Shown: positions 28,771 to 37,700 of the stretch, piece by piece | Layout: every line of letters starts with the position of its first letter | How positions within the stretch are numbered: position 1 is the stretch's first letter | From: Thermoanaerobaculia bacterium | GTDB lineage: Bacteria > Acidobacteriota > Thermoanaerobaculia > Multivoradales > Multivoraceae | NCBI GenBank assembly: GCA_963666565.1 | Contig: OY762911.1 | Span: 2,912,001-2,976,000 of the forward strand | Direction: 5' to 3' | DNA: 64,000 bases | Notes under the pieces: model-generated | What the model saw: the letters and a program-made list of their open reading frames with translations, nothing else | Databases searched by the model: none | Told to the model about the DNA's origin: nothing | Position numbers and translations under genes: made by a program

Positions 28771-28797
28771 ACTATACACGAGCGGGGAGGATGTCAA
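28771..28797 (-). promoter_or_regulatory. Sigma70-like promoter of TBDR-2
   Basis: TTGACA-15nt-TATAGT (short spacer); GAGGAGGAG RBS downstream. Confidence 0.6.
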
Positions 28798-28833
28798 GGG
28801 CGGAGCGGGAGACCGGGCTTGCGGGGCGTGGAG

Positions 28834-28851
28834 GATCCAGATGGTTGGATC
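28834..28851. promoter_or_regulatory. Palindromic operator, copy 2
   Basis: GATCCA-GATGGT-TGGATC. Confidence 0.7.
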
Positions 28852-28949
28852 GGGACCGGGTACGTCGGCGTCTTGGGGCGTTCGGCGCCGGAAGAGCGAT
28901 CCGGCGGCAGTAGAGCGTTCCTGGAGACGGGCGGCCTCGGTTCAGGCCG

Positions 28950-29324
28950 TCAGCGTTGCGGCTCGCCCGCCAGCGGCACGAGCCGCGAGGCGCGGATTCT
29001 CCGGTCCCGGGTGAGCAGCGGCGCCTTCTCCACGATGCTGGTCGCCGCGATCAACTCGTCGGCCGGGTCGGCCCGGAAGTCGAGTTGGCAACTGGTGTGG
29101 CAGATCGCCGGCGTCAGGGGCCAGATCCGAATCTGGCGCAGGACCCGGCGGACTCTTGGGTCCTCGAGGTCGAACTCGATCCGCCCAAGCTGTGCGAGCT
29201 TGGCGATCTCCCAGAGGACGATCGGCGAGATTCCCCACTCGTTCGCGGCCAGAATCCGGCGTTCGCCGGGACGCAGGGCGTCCTCGAGGGCGTGAATCAG
29301 GATGTGGGTGTCAAGATTCAGCAT
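28950..29324 (-). CDS. vapC: PIN-domain (VapC-like) toxin
   Basis: LDTHILI, ISPIVLWEIA, DPADELIAAT, LLTRD. Confidence 0.9.
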   Translation of the reverse strand: MLNLDTHILIHALEDALRPGERRILAANEWGISPIVLWEIAKLAQLGRIEFDLEDPRVRRVLRQIRIWPLTPAICHTSCQLDFRADPADELIAATSIVEKAPLLTRDRRIRASRLVPLAGEPQR

Positions 29325-29532
29325 CCCACTTGACGCCGGTGCTCATGATGTCGCCCGTGACGCGGATCTTGCCTCGGAGACTGCCGATCAGGTGCTCCGA
29401 CGTGCGGGCGACCGGGATCAGTTTCGCCACGGGGCGTCCGCGTTTGGTGATGACGATGCCGTCCGGGTCGACCCGATCCAGGATAGCCAGACACTTCTCC
29501 TTGAACTGAGCGGCGGCGATGGTCCGGGTCAT
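29311..29532 (-). CDS. Phd/YefM family antitoxin
   Basis: IAAAQFKEKCLAILDRV...IVITKRGRPVAKL; GGAG RBS; overlaps the toxin start; near-palindrome GATCATATGACC at 29583-29594 upstream. Confidence 0.9.
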   Translation of the reverse strand: MTRTIAAAQFKEKCLAILDRVDPDGIVITKRGRPVAKLIPVARTSEHLIGSLRGKIRVTGDIMSTGVKWDAES

Positions 29533-29693
29533 CTCCGTATCCTCCTTGGGCGTACTCCGCGTCCGTTGCTGCAAAGCGGACAGATCATATGACCGGACGT
29601 TGTTGGTGTCCAGAACGGAGCCGTCGCACCGCTGCCGGATGCGTCTACTTGGTGGAGTTTCCCCCGCTTTCGCGGACGGTTCGTGTTTAGGGT

Positions 29694-30554
29694 TCAGGCG
29701 GCTTCGTAGTCCCGGTGGTAGTCGTTCTCGAAGTTGACGGGCGAGAGGTACCCGAGGGCCGGGTGGCGACGATGCGGGTTGTACCAGCCCTCGATGTAGC
29801 GGAAGAGTTCCCTCCTTGCCTCGGCATGGTTCCGGAACGTGGTCCGGTCGAGGAGTTCGCACTCAAGGCTGGCGAAGAGGCTCTCGGCCATCGCGTTGTC
29901 GTAGCAGTCTCCGACCGAGCCCATGGAGAGCCGGATCCCGGCCTTGCGGCAGCGCTTCCCGAACTGGAGCGAAGTGTACTGGCTGCCTCGATCGGAGTGA
30001 TGGACGACCCCCTCGCCCGGGCGGCGCTGGGCGACGGCCATGTTCAGGGCGTCCACCACGAGTTCGGCCCGCGGGCGGCCGGCCATCGCCCAGCCGACGA
30101 TCCGGCGGCTGAAGACGTCCAGCACGATGGCCAGGCAGAGAAAGCCGCACAGCGTCGGCACGTACGTGAAGTCGGCCACCCAGAGGCGGTCGGGCGCTTC
30201 GCTCTCGAACTCCCGGTCGACCAGATCCGGCGCCGGGCGAGCGGTCTTGTCGCGGCGCGTCGTCCGCGGCCTCTTGCGGCGGCTTACGCCGGCCAGGTCC
30301 GACTCTCGCATGAGTCTGGCGACGCGCTTGCGGCTCGCCAGGACGCCCTCGTCGGCCAACTGTGCCTGGATCCGGGGAGCGCCGTAGGTGCCCCGGCTGG
30401 CTTCGTGGATCGACCGAACCCGCTCGGACAGGGCGGCGTCCGCCCGGACCCTGGCCGACGGGACTCGCTTGCGCCACGCGTAGTACCCGCTCGTGGAGAC
30501 GCCGAGCACTCGAGCCATCGCAGCGATCCGGAACTCGGCCTGGTACGCCCTCAT
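29694..30554 (-). CDS. IS3 transposase OrfB (DDE integrase core)
   Basis: YGAPRI, WVADFTY, DVFSRRIVGW, HHSDRGSQY, DNAMAES, WYNPHRRH. Confidence 0.95.
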   Translation of the reverse strand: MRAYQAEFRIAAMARVLGVSTSGYYAWRKRVPSARVRADAALSERVRSIHEASRGTYGAPRIQAQLADEGVLASRKRVARLMRESDLAGVSRRKRPRTTRRDKTARPAPDLVDREFESEAPDRLWVADFTYVPTLCGFLCLAIVLDVFSRRIVGWAMAGRPRAELVVDALNMAVAQRRPGEGVVHHSDRGSQYTSLQFGKRCRKAGIRLSMGSVGDCYDNAMAESLFASLECELLDRTTFRNHAEARRELFRYIEGWYNPHRRHPALGYLSPVNFENDYHRDYEAA

Positions 30555-30859
30555 GAACCCGTAGACCTCTTGGGCTTTGTCTCCCGGGCGAACCAGGCCG
30601 TTGCTCTTGCCAGTATCTCCCGCTCTTCCCGCAGCCGGCGATTCTCGCGGCGCAGACGGCGGAGCTCTTCGCGCTCCGCCGTGGTCAGTCCGTCAGCGCG
30701 GCGGCCTTCGTCCCGATCCGCCTGCGCCGCCCAGTTGCGGATGGACTGCGCTGAAGGCTCGAACTCGCGGGCGAGTTGGTCCGGGCTGCGCCCGGACCGG
30801 ACCAGATCCACCATCTGGCGCCGGTACTCAGCCGGGTACCGGGGTCTTGATCTTGGCAT
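30551..30859 (-). CDS. IS3 transposase OrfA (HTH + leucine zipper)
   Basis: RYPAEYRRQMVDLV...ELRRLRRENRRLREEREIL; GGAGG RBS; ATGA overlap with orfB. Confidence 0.9.
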   Translation of the reverse strand: MPRSRPRYPAEYRRQMVDLVRSGRSPDQLAREFEPSAQSIRNWAAQADRDEGRRADGLTTAEREELRRLRRENRRLREEREILARATAWFARETKPKRSTGS

Positions 30860-31215
30860 CGTGGGTACCTCCTCCTCCAAGGATGTGGTGTCCACGAAAC
30901 CGGGTCAACCTCAGGAAACACCCCCCGCGGACGACGCGCCGGCCCTGGGCACCCCAACGTCTCTGCTTTCGTCCCGCCATCGATCCGCCTTGCCAACGTG
31001 TGCTCTCCACTATTCAACGGGATGCCCGCTGTGTCACGTACGTTGGCAGAGAGGGCGGCTGCGATCGTGCGGGTCATTCGGATGTCCTTGTGGCGGGCTC
31101 AGCGCCTCTTGGACAGACCATGCGATCGGACACTGTTTGTGTCCAGAGGATCGAGCGCGGTGTTTGGGAAGGTGCGAGTGGCTGGTTGCTGGCCAGCGAC
31201 TGGCGTACTCCGTGC

Positions 31216-33897
31216 CTACTCGGGCGTGGGCTCAAGGGTGACAGTGAAGGGAAGCTCCTCTGGACCCGGATCGAGTTCGAACGCTGCACCCCACCGGTGT
31301 TCGCCGACCCAGAGCGAAACTGTGTAGGCGCCCGGAGTCAAGCAGCCGAGGCCCACCCGGCCGTCCTCCGAGAAGGTCGTACCGGGCAGTGCTCCAGGCA
31401 GATGATGGGCGACCTTGACGCCAGCTTCGGTGTTGACCCGGACGAGGGAGAGGGTTTCGCCCGCACAACTTCGGCCCAAGCACCGGAGCTCCAGCAGGCG
31501 GCCCAATGGCAAGGTGCGATTCAACTGTGCCGTCCGCGCGGCCTCGACCGTCACCTTGTCGGCACCGACACAGGCGCCACCATGACTCCAGAGGACCGTG
31601 ACCTCTCCTGGTGGTACGTTGTCGGCTCGGAGAACGTCGGCGGCCTCGGCGACGAGGCCAGCCGCGGCCAAAGTCTCGTCGGGACCCAGGACGTGAATCC
31701 ATGCACCGACCATCGGAAGACCCGGTGTGGCGAGCCGGACTTCCACTTCGCCGAGTGTCCCCTCGTTGACTTGGAGAGTCTGGAAGGGAAAGTGCATGTC
31801 CGCGTTCAGAGTGAGTTCGGTGTGGGCAAGGCCCGCTCCGGTGTCGGCCTGTAGCCGATAGTGGCCCGGCGGTGCAGGGGGCAGGGTGAAGTACCCATTC
31901 TCTGCCGTGGAGGTGCCGGCGACTTCGAGACCCAGATCGCCGATCAGTGCAACGTGGGCCTGCTTGAGGGTGTGGCCTGCTGGCGGCCGCAGTTCGCCGC
32001 TGACTACGGAAGTCCCGCCCAACTCGAACTGGGAAAGCGGCCGATCAGGCCAGATCCTGCCGATACGGCTTCGACCGTTTGCCGAGACCCACGTCATCCA
32101 CAAGGACTCGTCGGGCGCTCCTTTCACCGTGAACGAGCCGTCCGCTGCCACCCTGGATTGGCGCAGGAACGCTTGGCCGGGCCGCAACGTCGTCGAGTGC
32201 GTAACGGTGTCGCCTTGTTGGACATTGATCTGGAGGAGCCCGGTGCCTGCCCGCGAGCCTGGAATCCGCTCGAAACCGACAAGACCCCCATTCACCGGAA
32301 CGCCGTCCAGCGTCAAAGTGCTTTGGATGGTGCGGTTCCGGTACACGAGGTCCACTTCGACGCGGTCGGCAGGGTCGTAGGCGTGGACCTGAATCTCCTT
32401 CGACACGAGGAGTGAGTCAGAGGAATCCCGGAGGTCGATCCGGTAACGACCGGATGCGAGCTGGACCACCGCGAACGAAGATGGGGCTCGGTTCCCTCCA
32501 CCTGTCGGTTGGAGATTGGCCGTCGCCAGAGGCGCTTCCATCTCACGAAACCGGTCCATCACGCGCACCGTGCCATGTGTCACTCCGTGCGCTCTCACGA
32601 GAACGGTGCGAGGCGCGGGCATCCATATCTCCCCGAGGTCGGCACGCTCTGAGGCGTCGAGGGCAATGAGCCGTGCGATAGGAGGCCCTGTCCTACACTC
32701 CGCACGCAGGTAGTAGCGGCCCTCGCTCAGTCCGCCAAGGAGGAAGCCGCCATCGCCGTCTGAGACGGTGATGTCCTGCCTGCCTCGCAGGCGGTGCAGA
32801 ATGTGTGCATTACCGGCCGGCAGAAGCTCCAGTACGCACCCAGCGACGGGCTCGGCACCGCCAGCGGCGAACAGCCGTCCGGTCACGACAGCGCCCGGTT
32901 CCAGATAGACGACGCCGAGGTCCATGACGCGCCCCGGATTCAGAGATAGGCCGTAGGCACCTGACAGGAGGTGGTTCTCCGCCTGGAAGTCGACTTGCAC
33001 GAGATCGGCCTGCCCAACGTCGCCGGGAATCGGGACGATCACGGGGGACGTCCCCTGCTCGACCTCCGTGCTGAGTGTCGAGTGCGACCGGACCCGCTTG
33101 ATCAAGACGCGCATCGTGAAGCGATCAACGGGAACCCCGGCGGCGGAGAACACCTGCACCCGGACGCCCTCCGAACTTGCTATGCGGACTGCCGCTTCAT
33201 CGCCGGTCGCCTCTGCGGGTAGCCTGAGGAGGATCGGTTGGTCTGGCCAAGGCGAGCCGGCGATGTCTCTCGCGGCGCGGCCATAACCCTCAGCCTCGGC
33301 CAGGACCTCGGCTTCAGGAAAGGCCGACAGACCGGTTACGACAAACCGACCGTCGTTGCCGCTAGCGACGCATCGGCGCACAGCGTCGGCGGGGAATGGC
33401 GCGTTCTCGTCTCTCCAACGCACACAAACAGTAGCTCCTGTCGCCCCCCGGCCATCGGAAGAGAAGACGCGTCCCTCCAAGGACCGTCCTGGCCCGAGCC
33501 GGATTGTCGTCGGCATCCGACCGTCGTCGAAAGTGCCGACGAACCTCTCGTGCTGAGGATGATCGACGACGAGTGTCATTCCGCGAACGCTCGGAAGCCA
33601 ACGCTCCGTCGCACCGTTGCTTGTGGTTCGCGTCCGAATCAGGAGCGCGCCGTTAGGAAGCGGTGCACCTGCATGTGGCGCCCGGAGTACCTGGACGACC
33701 GCGCCTTCAATGCCGCCACCTTCGCCGTCCACGACCGAAACGGCCGCCGCGTCAGGAGGGGAGTCCTGCGAGAACCCCACGCCGGGCGCGACGGCGCTTG
33801 CAAGCGCCCCAGCGGCCAGCAGCAACCTCGACCCGCGAACCGGACGAAGTTCGTGTTGGAGCGGCAGACCAGCCTGTCCGCTTCCCGTTGTTCTCAT
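31216..33897 (-). CDS. Secreted protein with repeated carboxypeptidase-regulatory-like beta-sandwich domains
   Basis: Signal-like N-terminus; repeated units (LEGRVFSSDGRGATGATV, SGNDGRFVVTGL, SDGDGGFLLGGLSEGRY, TAENGYFTLPPAPPGHY); less GC-biased codons. Confidence 0.75.
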   Translation of the reverse strand: MRTTGSGQAGLPLQHELRPVRGSRLLLAAGALASAVAPGVGFSQDSPPDAAAVSVVDGEGGGIEGAVVQVLRAPHAGAPLPNGALLIRTRTTSNGATERWLPSVRGMTLVVDHPQHERFVGTFDDGRMPTTIRLGPGRSLEGRVFSSDGRGATGATVCVRWRDENAPFPADAVRRCVASGNDGRFVVTGLSAFPEAEVLAEAEGYGRAARDIAGSPWPDQPILLRLPAEATGDEAAVRIASSEGVRVQVFSAAGVPVDRFTMRVLIKRVRSHSTLSTEVEQGTSPVIVPIPGDVGQADLVQVDFQAENHLLSGAYGLSLNPGRVMDLGVVYLEPGAVVTGRLFAAGGAEPVAGCVLELLPAGNAHILHRLRGRQDITVSDGDGGFLLGGLSEGRYYLRAECRTGPPIARLIALDASERADLGEIWMPAPRTVLVRAHGVTHGTVRVMDRFREMEAPLATANLQPTGGGNRAPSSFAVVQLASGRYRIDLRDSSDSLLVSKEIQVHAYDPADRVEVDLVYRNRTIQSTLTLDGVPVNGGLVGFERIPGSRAGTGLLQINVQQGDTVTHSTTLRPGQAFLRQSRVAADGSFTVKGAPDESLWMTWVSANGRSRIGRIWPDRPLSQFELGGTSVVSGELRPPAGHTLKQAHVALIGDLGLEVAGTSTAENGYFTLPPAPPGHYRLQADTGAGLAHTELTLNADMHFPFQTLQVNEGTLGEVEVRLATPGLPMVGAWIHVLGPDETLAAAGLVAEAADVLRADNVPPGEVTVLWSHGGACVGADKVTVEAARTAQLNRTLPLGRLLELRCLGRSCAGETLSLVRVNTEAGVKVAHHLPGALPGTTFSEDGRVGLGCLTPGAYTVSLWVGEHRWGAAFELDPGPEELPFTVTLEPTPE

Positions 33898-34182
33898 TCT
33901 CGAAGCCGAGCCAAGCGAGGGACGGTCTTGGGGTTGCCTATCTCGGCGCGGCCGAGCGCGGGTCGCGCGACGCTACCGGGCGCTCTCGGATTCGGTGCGG
34001 GGAGGTTGCGAATCGCCGACGAGGAACTCGACGCGGGTTCCCCACCCGCTTCCGGTGCCGATTGGCACAGGGCGGAAGCCGCGAGAACCGGTCACCGGAG
34101 GGAACCAAAGCGCCGTCAGGGAGACGTTCCAGCGGTGAACCCGCTGGAACAAGCAGGTCGGTGGGCTCCCTTGGACCATCAC

Positions 34183-34578
34183 TCAACCTTGACAGATCGC
34201 CTCAGCCTCCTCAACGGAGGACGCACCAAGCATGAGAAGGCCCAAGTCAATCTGAGCTTGATCTCCCCTCCGTAATCCAGTAGCGAGTGTCGTGCAGGCG
34301 ACTTGGTTGCCAGAGGGAGTGACTCCATCTGGGGTGGGGTCCGTTTCGCGGACGGCCAGCGGTTCCCGGGGTTCGATCGGCGCAGCGGGGCACGGAATGG
34401 GCGTCACTGTGGTAGTGGACGTGATCTGCCCATTCCCGTGCTGCGTAATGGTCGTGGTAACGAGGTAGCAAGCGCCAGCACCACCAGCAGCGAGTGCGGG
34501 CGAACTGAAGAGCAGAAGCACTACTCCCAGAAGAAGTACCACGACGGTTGTCTGAGCGAACCTGCCTGTCCTGATCAT
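34183..34578 (-). CDS. Small secreted protein with 4 Cys, unknown function
   Basis: AAGGAG RBS; signal peptide ending PALA; Thr-rich segment flanked by Cys. Confidence 0.7.
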   Translation of the reverse strand: MIRTGRFAQTTVVVLLLGVVLLLFSSPALAAGGAGACYLVTTTITQHGNGQITSTTTVTPIPCPAAPIEPREPLAVRETDPTPDGVTPSGNQVACTTLATGLRRGDQAQIDLGLLMLGASSVEEAEAICQG

Positions 34579-34626
34579 TGCCTACGGGCTCCTTTGGGCG
34601 AACTGCGGAAAGGGCGAAGAAAGACG

Positions 34627-34677
34627 ATCCTACACGTCGGCTGAGAAGGGTGTCAACGCAGTGTACTGCTCAGTACA
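34627..34677 (-). promoter_or_regulatory. Sigma70-like promoter with upstream palindrome
   Basis: TTGACA-18nt-TAGGAT; TGTACTG-CT-CAGTACA at 34662-34677. Confidence 0.6.
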
Positions 34678-34685
34678 TGTGAAGC

Positions 34686-34718
34686 AAAGGGGAGAGAGGC
34701 AAAGCTCTCTCCCCTTTT
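34686..34718 (-). terminator. Intrinsic terminator of TBDR-3 (possibly bidirectional)
   Basis: AAAGGGGAGAGAGGC-AAA-GCTCTCTCCCCTTTT, homologous to the other two. Confidence 0.8.
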
Positions 34719-34768
34719 CTAGCCTCTGATCCCCGGGCTCAGCCCCGGCGATCTCTGCGCCCCGGCTC

Positions 34769-37700
34769 CTAGAAGCGGAACCTCAGCGAGGCGCGCACCT
34801 GGCGCGGGCGCTGGAAGAAGCGCCGCACCGGGTAGACCTGCCCGTCGCCGCCCCAGGAGCGTCGCCGCTGCTGGTTGGTGGCGTTCAGCACCTCGACCCG
34901 GACTTCACCGCGCACGTCGCGGTAGCCCATGGGGAAGCCCCAGGCGCCGCTCAGGTTGAGGGTGTACTCGTCCGACGTGAAGCGGCCCTGCGTGCCTGGG
35001 GCATGCAGATTGAAGCCGACATCGCGGTTCGGAGTACCTGGTTTCGGGTCGTTGGGGTTGCGGTTGACCGTGGCCGAATCGTCGAGATCGATACGCGTCC
35101 CCTCCGAGCGGACCCAAGGCGTTCCGGTCTGGAAGCTCAGATGACCCGAGAGAGTCAGGTCCTGGTTGCCGAGGCGCCAGGTCTTGAACCCGAACGAGTT
35201 GTAGATCCAGGTCCGATCGTAGGCGCCGTTGAGACCGCGCCGGTTGATCATCGACACCGGATAGCCGAGCCACTGGGAGAGTGCCTGATCGCAGTCCACC
35301 GGGAAGAGCTCCGTGCGACCGGTGCGCCGGTCCGGAATCGCCTGGTTGGCGTTGCACTCGTCGATGTGCTGCTGTTCTAGCACGACACTCAGGTTCTCGA
35401 GGTAGCTGCTGTTCGTGTTGTTCCACCAAGCGCCGGCACCGGTCGTGTCGGTCTCCGACCAGGACACATTGTTGTACAGAGCCCAGCCGTCGGCGAAGCG
35501 CCGATTGAGCTGTATCTGAAGCCCGCGGTAGGAGTTCTTCGCCGGATCCGCCGAGGCCAGAGCCTCGTCGTTGAGGTTCCGGGGAAGGCCCTTGGCCTCG
35601 CGCGCGTCGGCCGTGTTGGTCACGATCTGCGCAAGGTCGTGGTAGTTGCCGGTGATGAAGATGTTCCGGCCCTTGTGGTCGTACTGGGTGTTGGAGAACA
35701 TCATGTCCTGCATCTTCCAGTCGATGTACTTGACGTCGAGCGCCCAATTCGGAGCGAACTGCCATTCAAGGCCGAGGATCAGATCGTCGCGGTAGTACGG
35801 GTCGATGTCGTGATCCCAGATCTCGCAGTCGATGGCGGACATCTCGCCGTCCTGGCATGGCCTCACGGCGTCCCACATCAGTCCAGGAACCAGGGTGCTC
35901 CAGGCGAAGTTGTAGCCAGGAAGACGTGCGCCGACGGTGCCGGTAGCACGCGTGTCGTTGCGGTCGGGAACCAGGCACCAGACGGCGGCCTCGACCGGAT
36001 CGCAGAACAGCCAGACTTCGTAGCCTTCGTAGCCGTTCCACTGATCGTGCATGCCGCCGGCGGTGTCGCCTCCGCCGGAGATCCAGGCCTGGTTCAGCAT
36101 CGCGTGGTACTGACCCCAGTTCGCGGTGAGCAGCAGCCGACCGTCACCCTTGACGTCGTAGGTGATGTTCACTCGCGGATCAGCGTAGGTGGAGTCCACG
36201 ACCTTGCGGCGAATGTCGTTCCAGCCCTCTTGGATCTCGGCACGCACGCCGAGGTTGAATGTCCAATGATCGCCGATGGTGAACCGGTCTCTGAGGTAGA
36301 AGGCGGTGTCCTTCATCTCGGCGTCGCCGGTCCCGCGACCGATACAACTCGTACGGTCGTTGAAGTCCGTACGGTGGATCTGGCCGTTGACCTTCGTGAT
36401 CTCAACTGGCGTGAGTTCCTCGCCGACCGGGCCCTGGCAGGTCAGTTTGGGCGAGTTGTAGTCGACGTAGGTGCAACCGCGCGACCGGGTGGTCTGCGGC
36501 GGGATGAACCCCGGGATCGGCGTGTAGGGGTTGTCGGGCGAGGTGGTCGTCGGACGAGCCCAGCCGAGGCCGCAGCTATCGTCCACGAGAGTGCCGGCGC
36601 CGCCGTACCCGAACGGGTTGTAGGAGTCGTAGCCCCAGCCGTTCATGAACGACGTACGGGCGTTCTCGCCCTCCCATTTCGTGTCCTGGTAGTCGATGCC
36701 GTACTTCAACTCGTGGTTGGCGCCGACGAATTGGGTCAGGCCGACGTTGGCCTGCTCTCGGGGGAACGCGTTGAAGCCGAAGCCGTCCGAGAGGATCCAG
36801 CCGTTGTGCCAGGCGCCGAGGTTCTCACCGTCGACGTAGACCTTGTAGTTGTTGCCCGGCCAGAAGAAGCCCTTGCTGGGGTCGAACGGGAACCGTAGCG
36901 GCCAGTTCGTGTCGCCGCCGGACGTGTTCAACTCGCTGTGCCCCGCTTCGGGTCCACGGTCGAGCGCCTTCGCCTGCAGACATGTGGTCACCATCTCCGC
37001 GGGGACTTCCGGCAGGTGGCTGAGGCCGAGCCAGTCGAGAATCGGTTGGCCGTCGACGCTGAGAACGTCCGGGTTTTCCTGGGCGAGCGTGTTGTGGCAG
37101 CCGAGAAACTTGTTCTCCTGCGTTTCCTGTTGGGCAAGCTTGGCCTCGAGGAACCAGTTGGACGAGATTGCCCAGTTCCAGTTGCCGGTCAGCAGGTCGC
37201 TGTCGTTCTCGTGCGGCGTCGGCGTCCAGTAGTCGAACGACTGCGGGTTGAAGTAGTTCCTGAACGTCGGCGTCTCGATCCACGAGGCGTTGAACGAGTG
37301 GGCGTTGTTCGCCTGCAGGTTCAGCTTCATGATCCGCGTGTCGTCGAACAGGCTGATGTCGTAGGGGTCGCCGCCGACCAGCCGCTCGGAGTACGCGTCG
37401 TCGAACTCGCTGTAGCCGGTGTAGAACCAGAACTTGTCGCGCGCGATGGGGCCGCCGAGGGAAACCTCGAAGCCGTCGCTGGCGCCGGCCCACTCGGAGC
37501 CGCCCGGCCGGCAGGGCTCGAGTTCGCGGGAGCCGTCCGTGCCGCCGGGGATCAGTCCGCGGCCCTGGTCCCGGTCATCGCCGTGGCAGCGCTTGAACCA
37601 GTCCGCCGGATAAGGCTTGTTCGTCCTCTCGGTCAGGGAAGGCTGGTCCTTGTAGTCGGCGCCCCAGTCGATTCGCTGGTGGTTCCAGAGGGTGTCCGCG

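Larger units (their letters stand above)
29653..30913 (-). mobile_element. IS3-family insertion sequence
   Basis: Imperfect terminal IRs TGAGGTTGACCCGGTTTCGTGGAC / TGGAGTTTCCCCCGCTTTCGCGGAC with TG...CA ends; orfA + orfB; no TSD seen. Confidence 0.9.

Noticed and set aside
33973-34182. 69-aa ORF coupled after the small secreted gene
   Set aside because: No recognisable features; the region is better explained by hairpins such as GTTCCAGCGG-N5-CCGCTGGAAC
20445-34768. Integron cassette array
   Set aside because: No intI and no attC-like RYYYAAC...GTTRRRY sites recognised; the repeated hairpins have U-tracts and fit terminators
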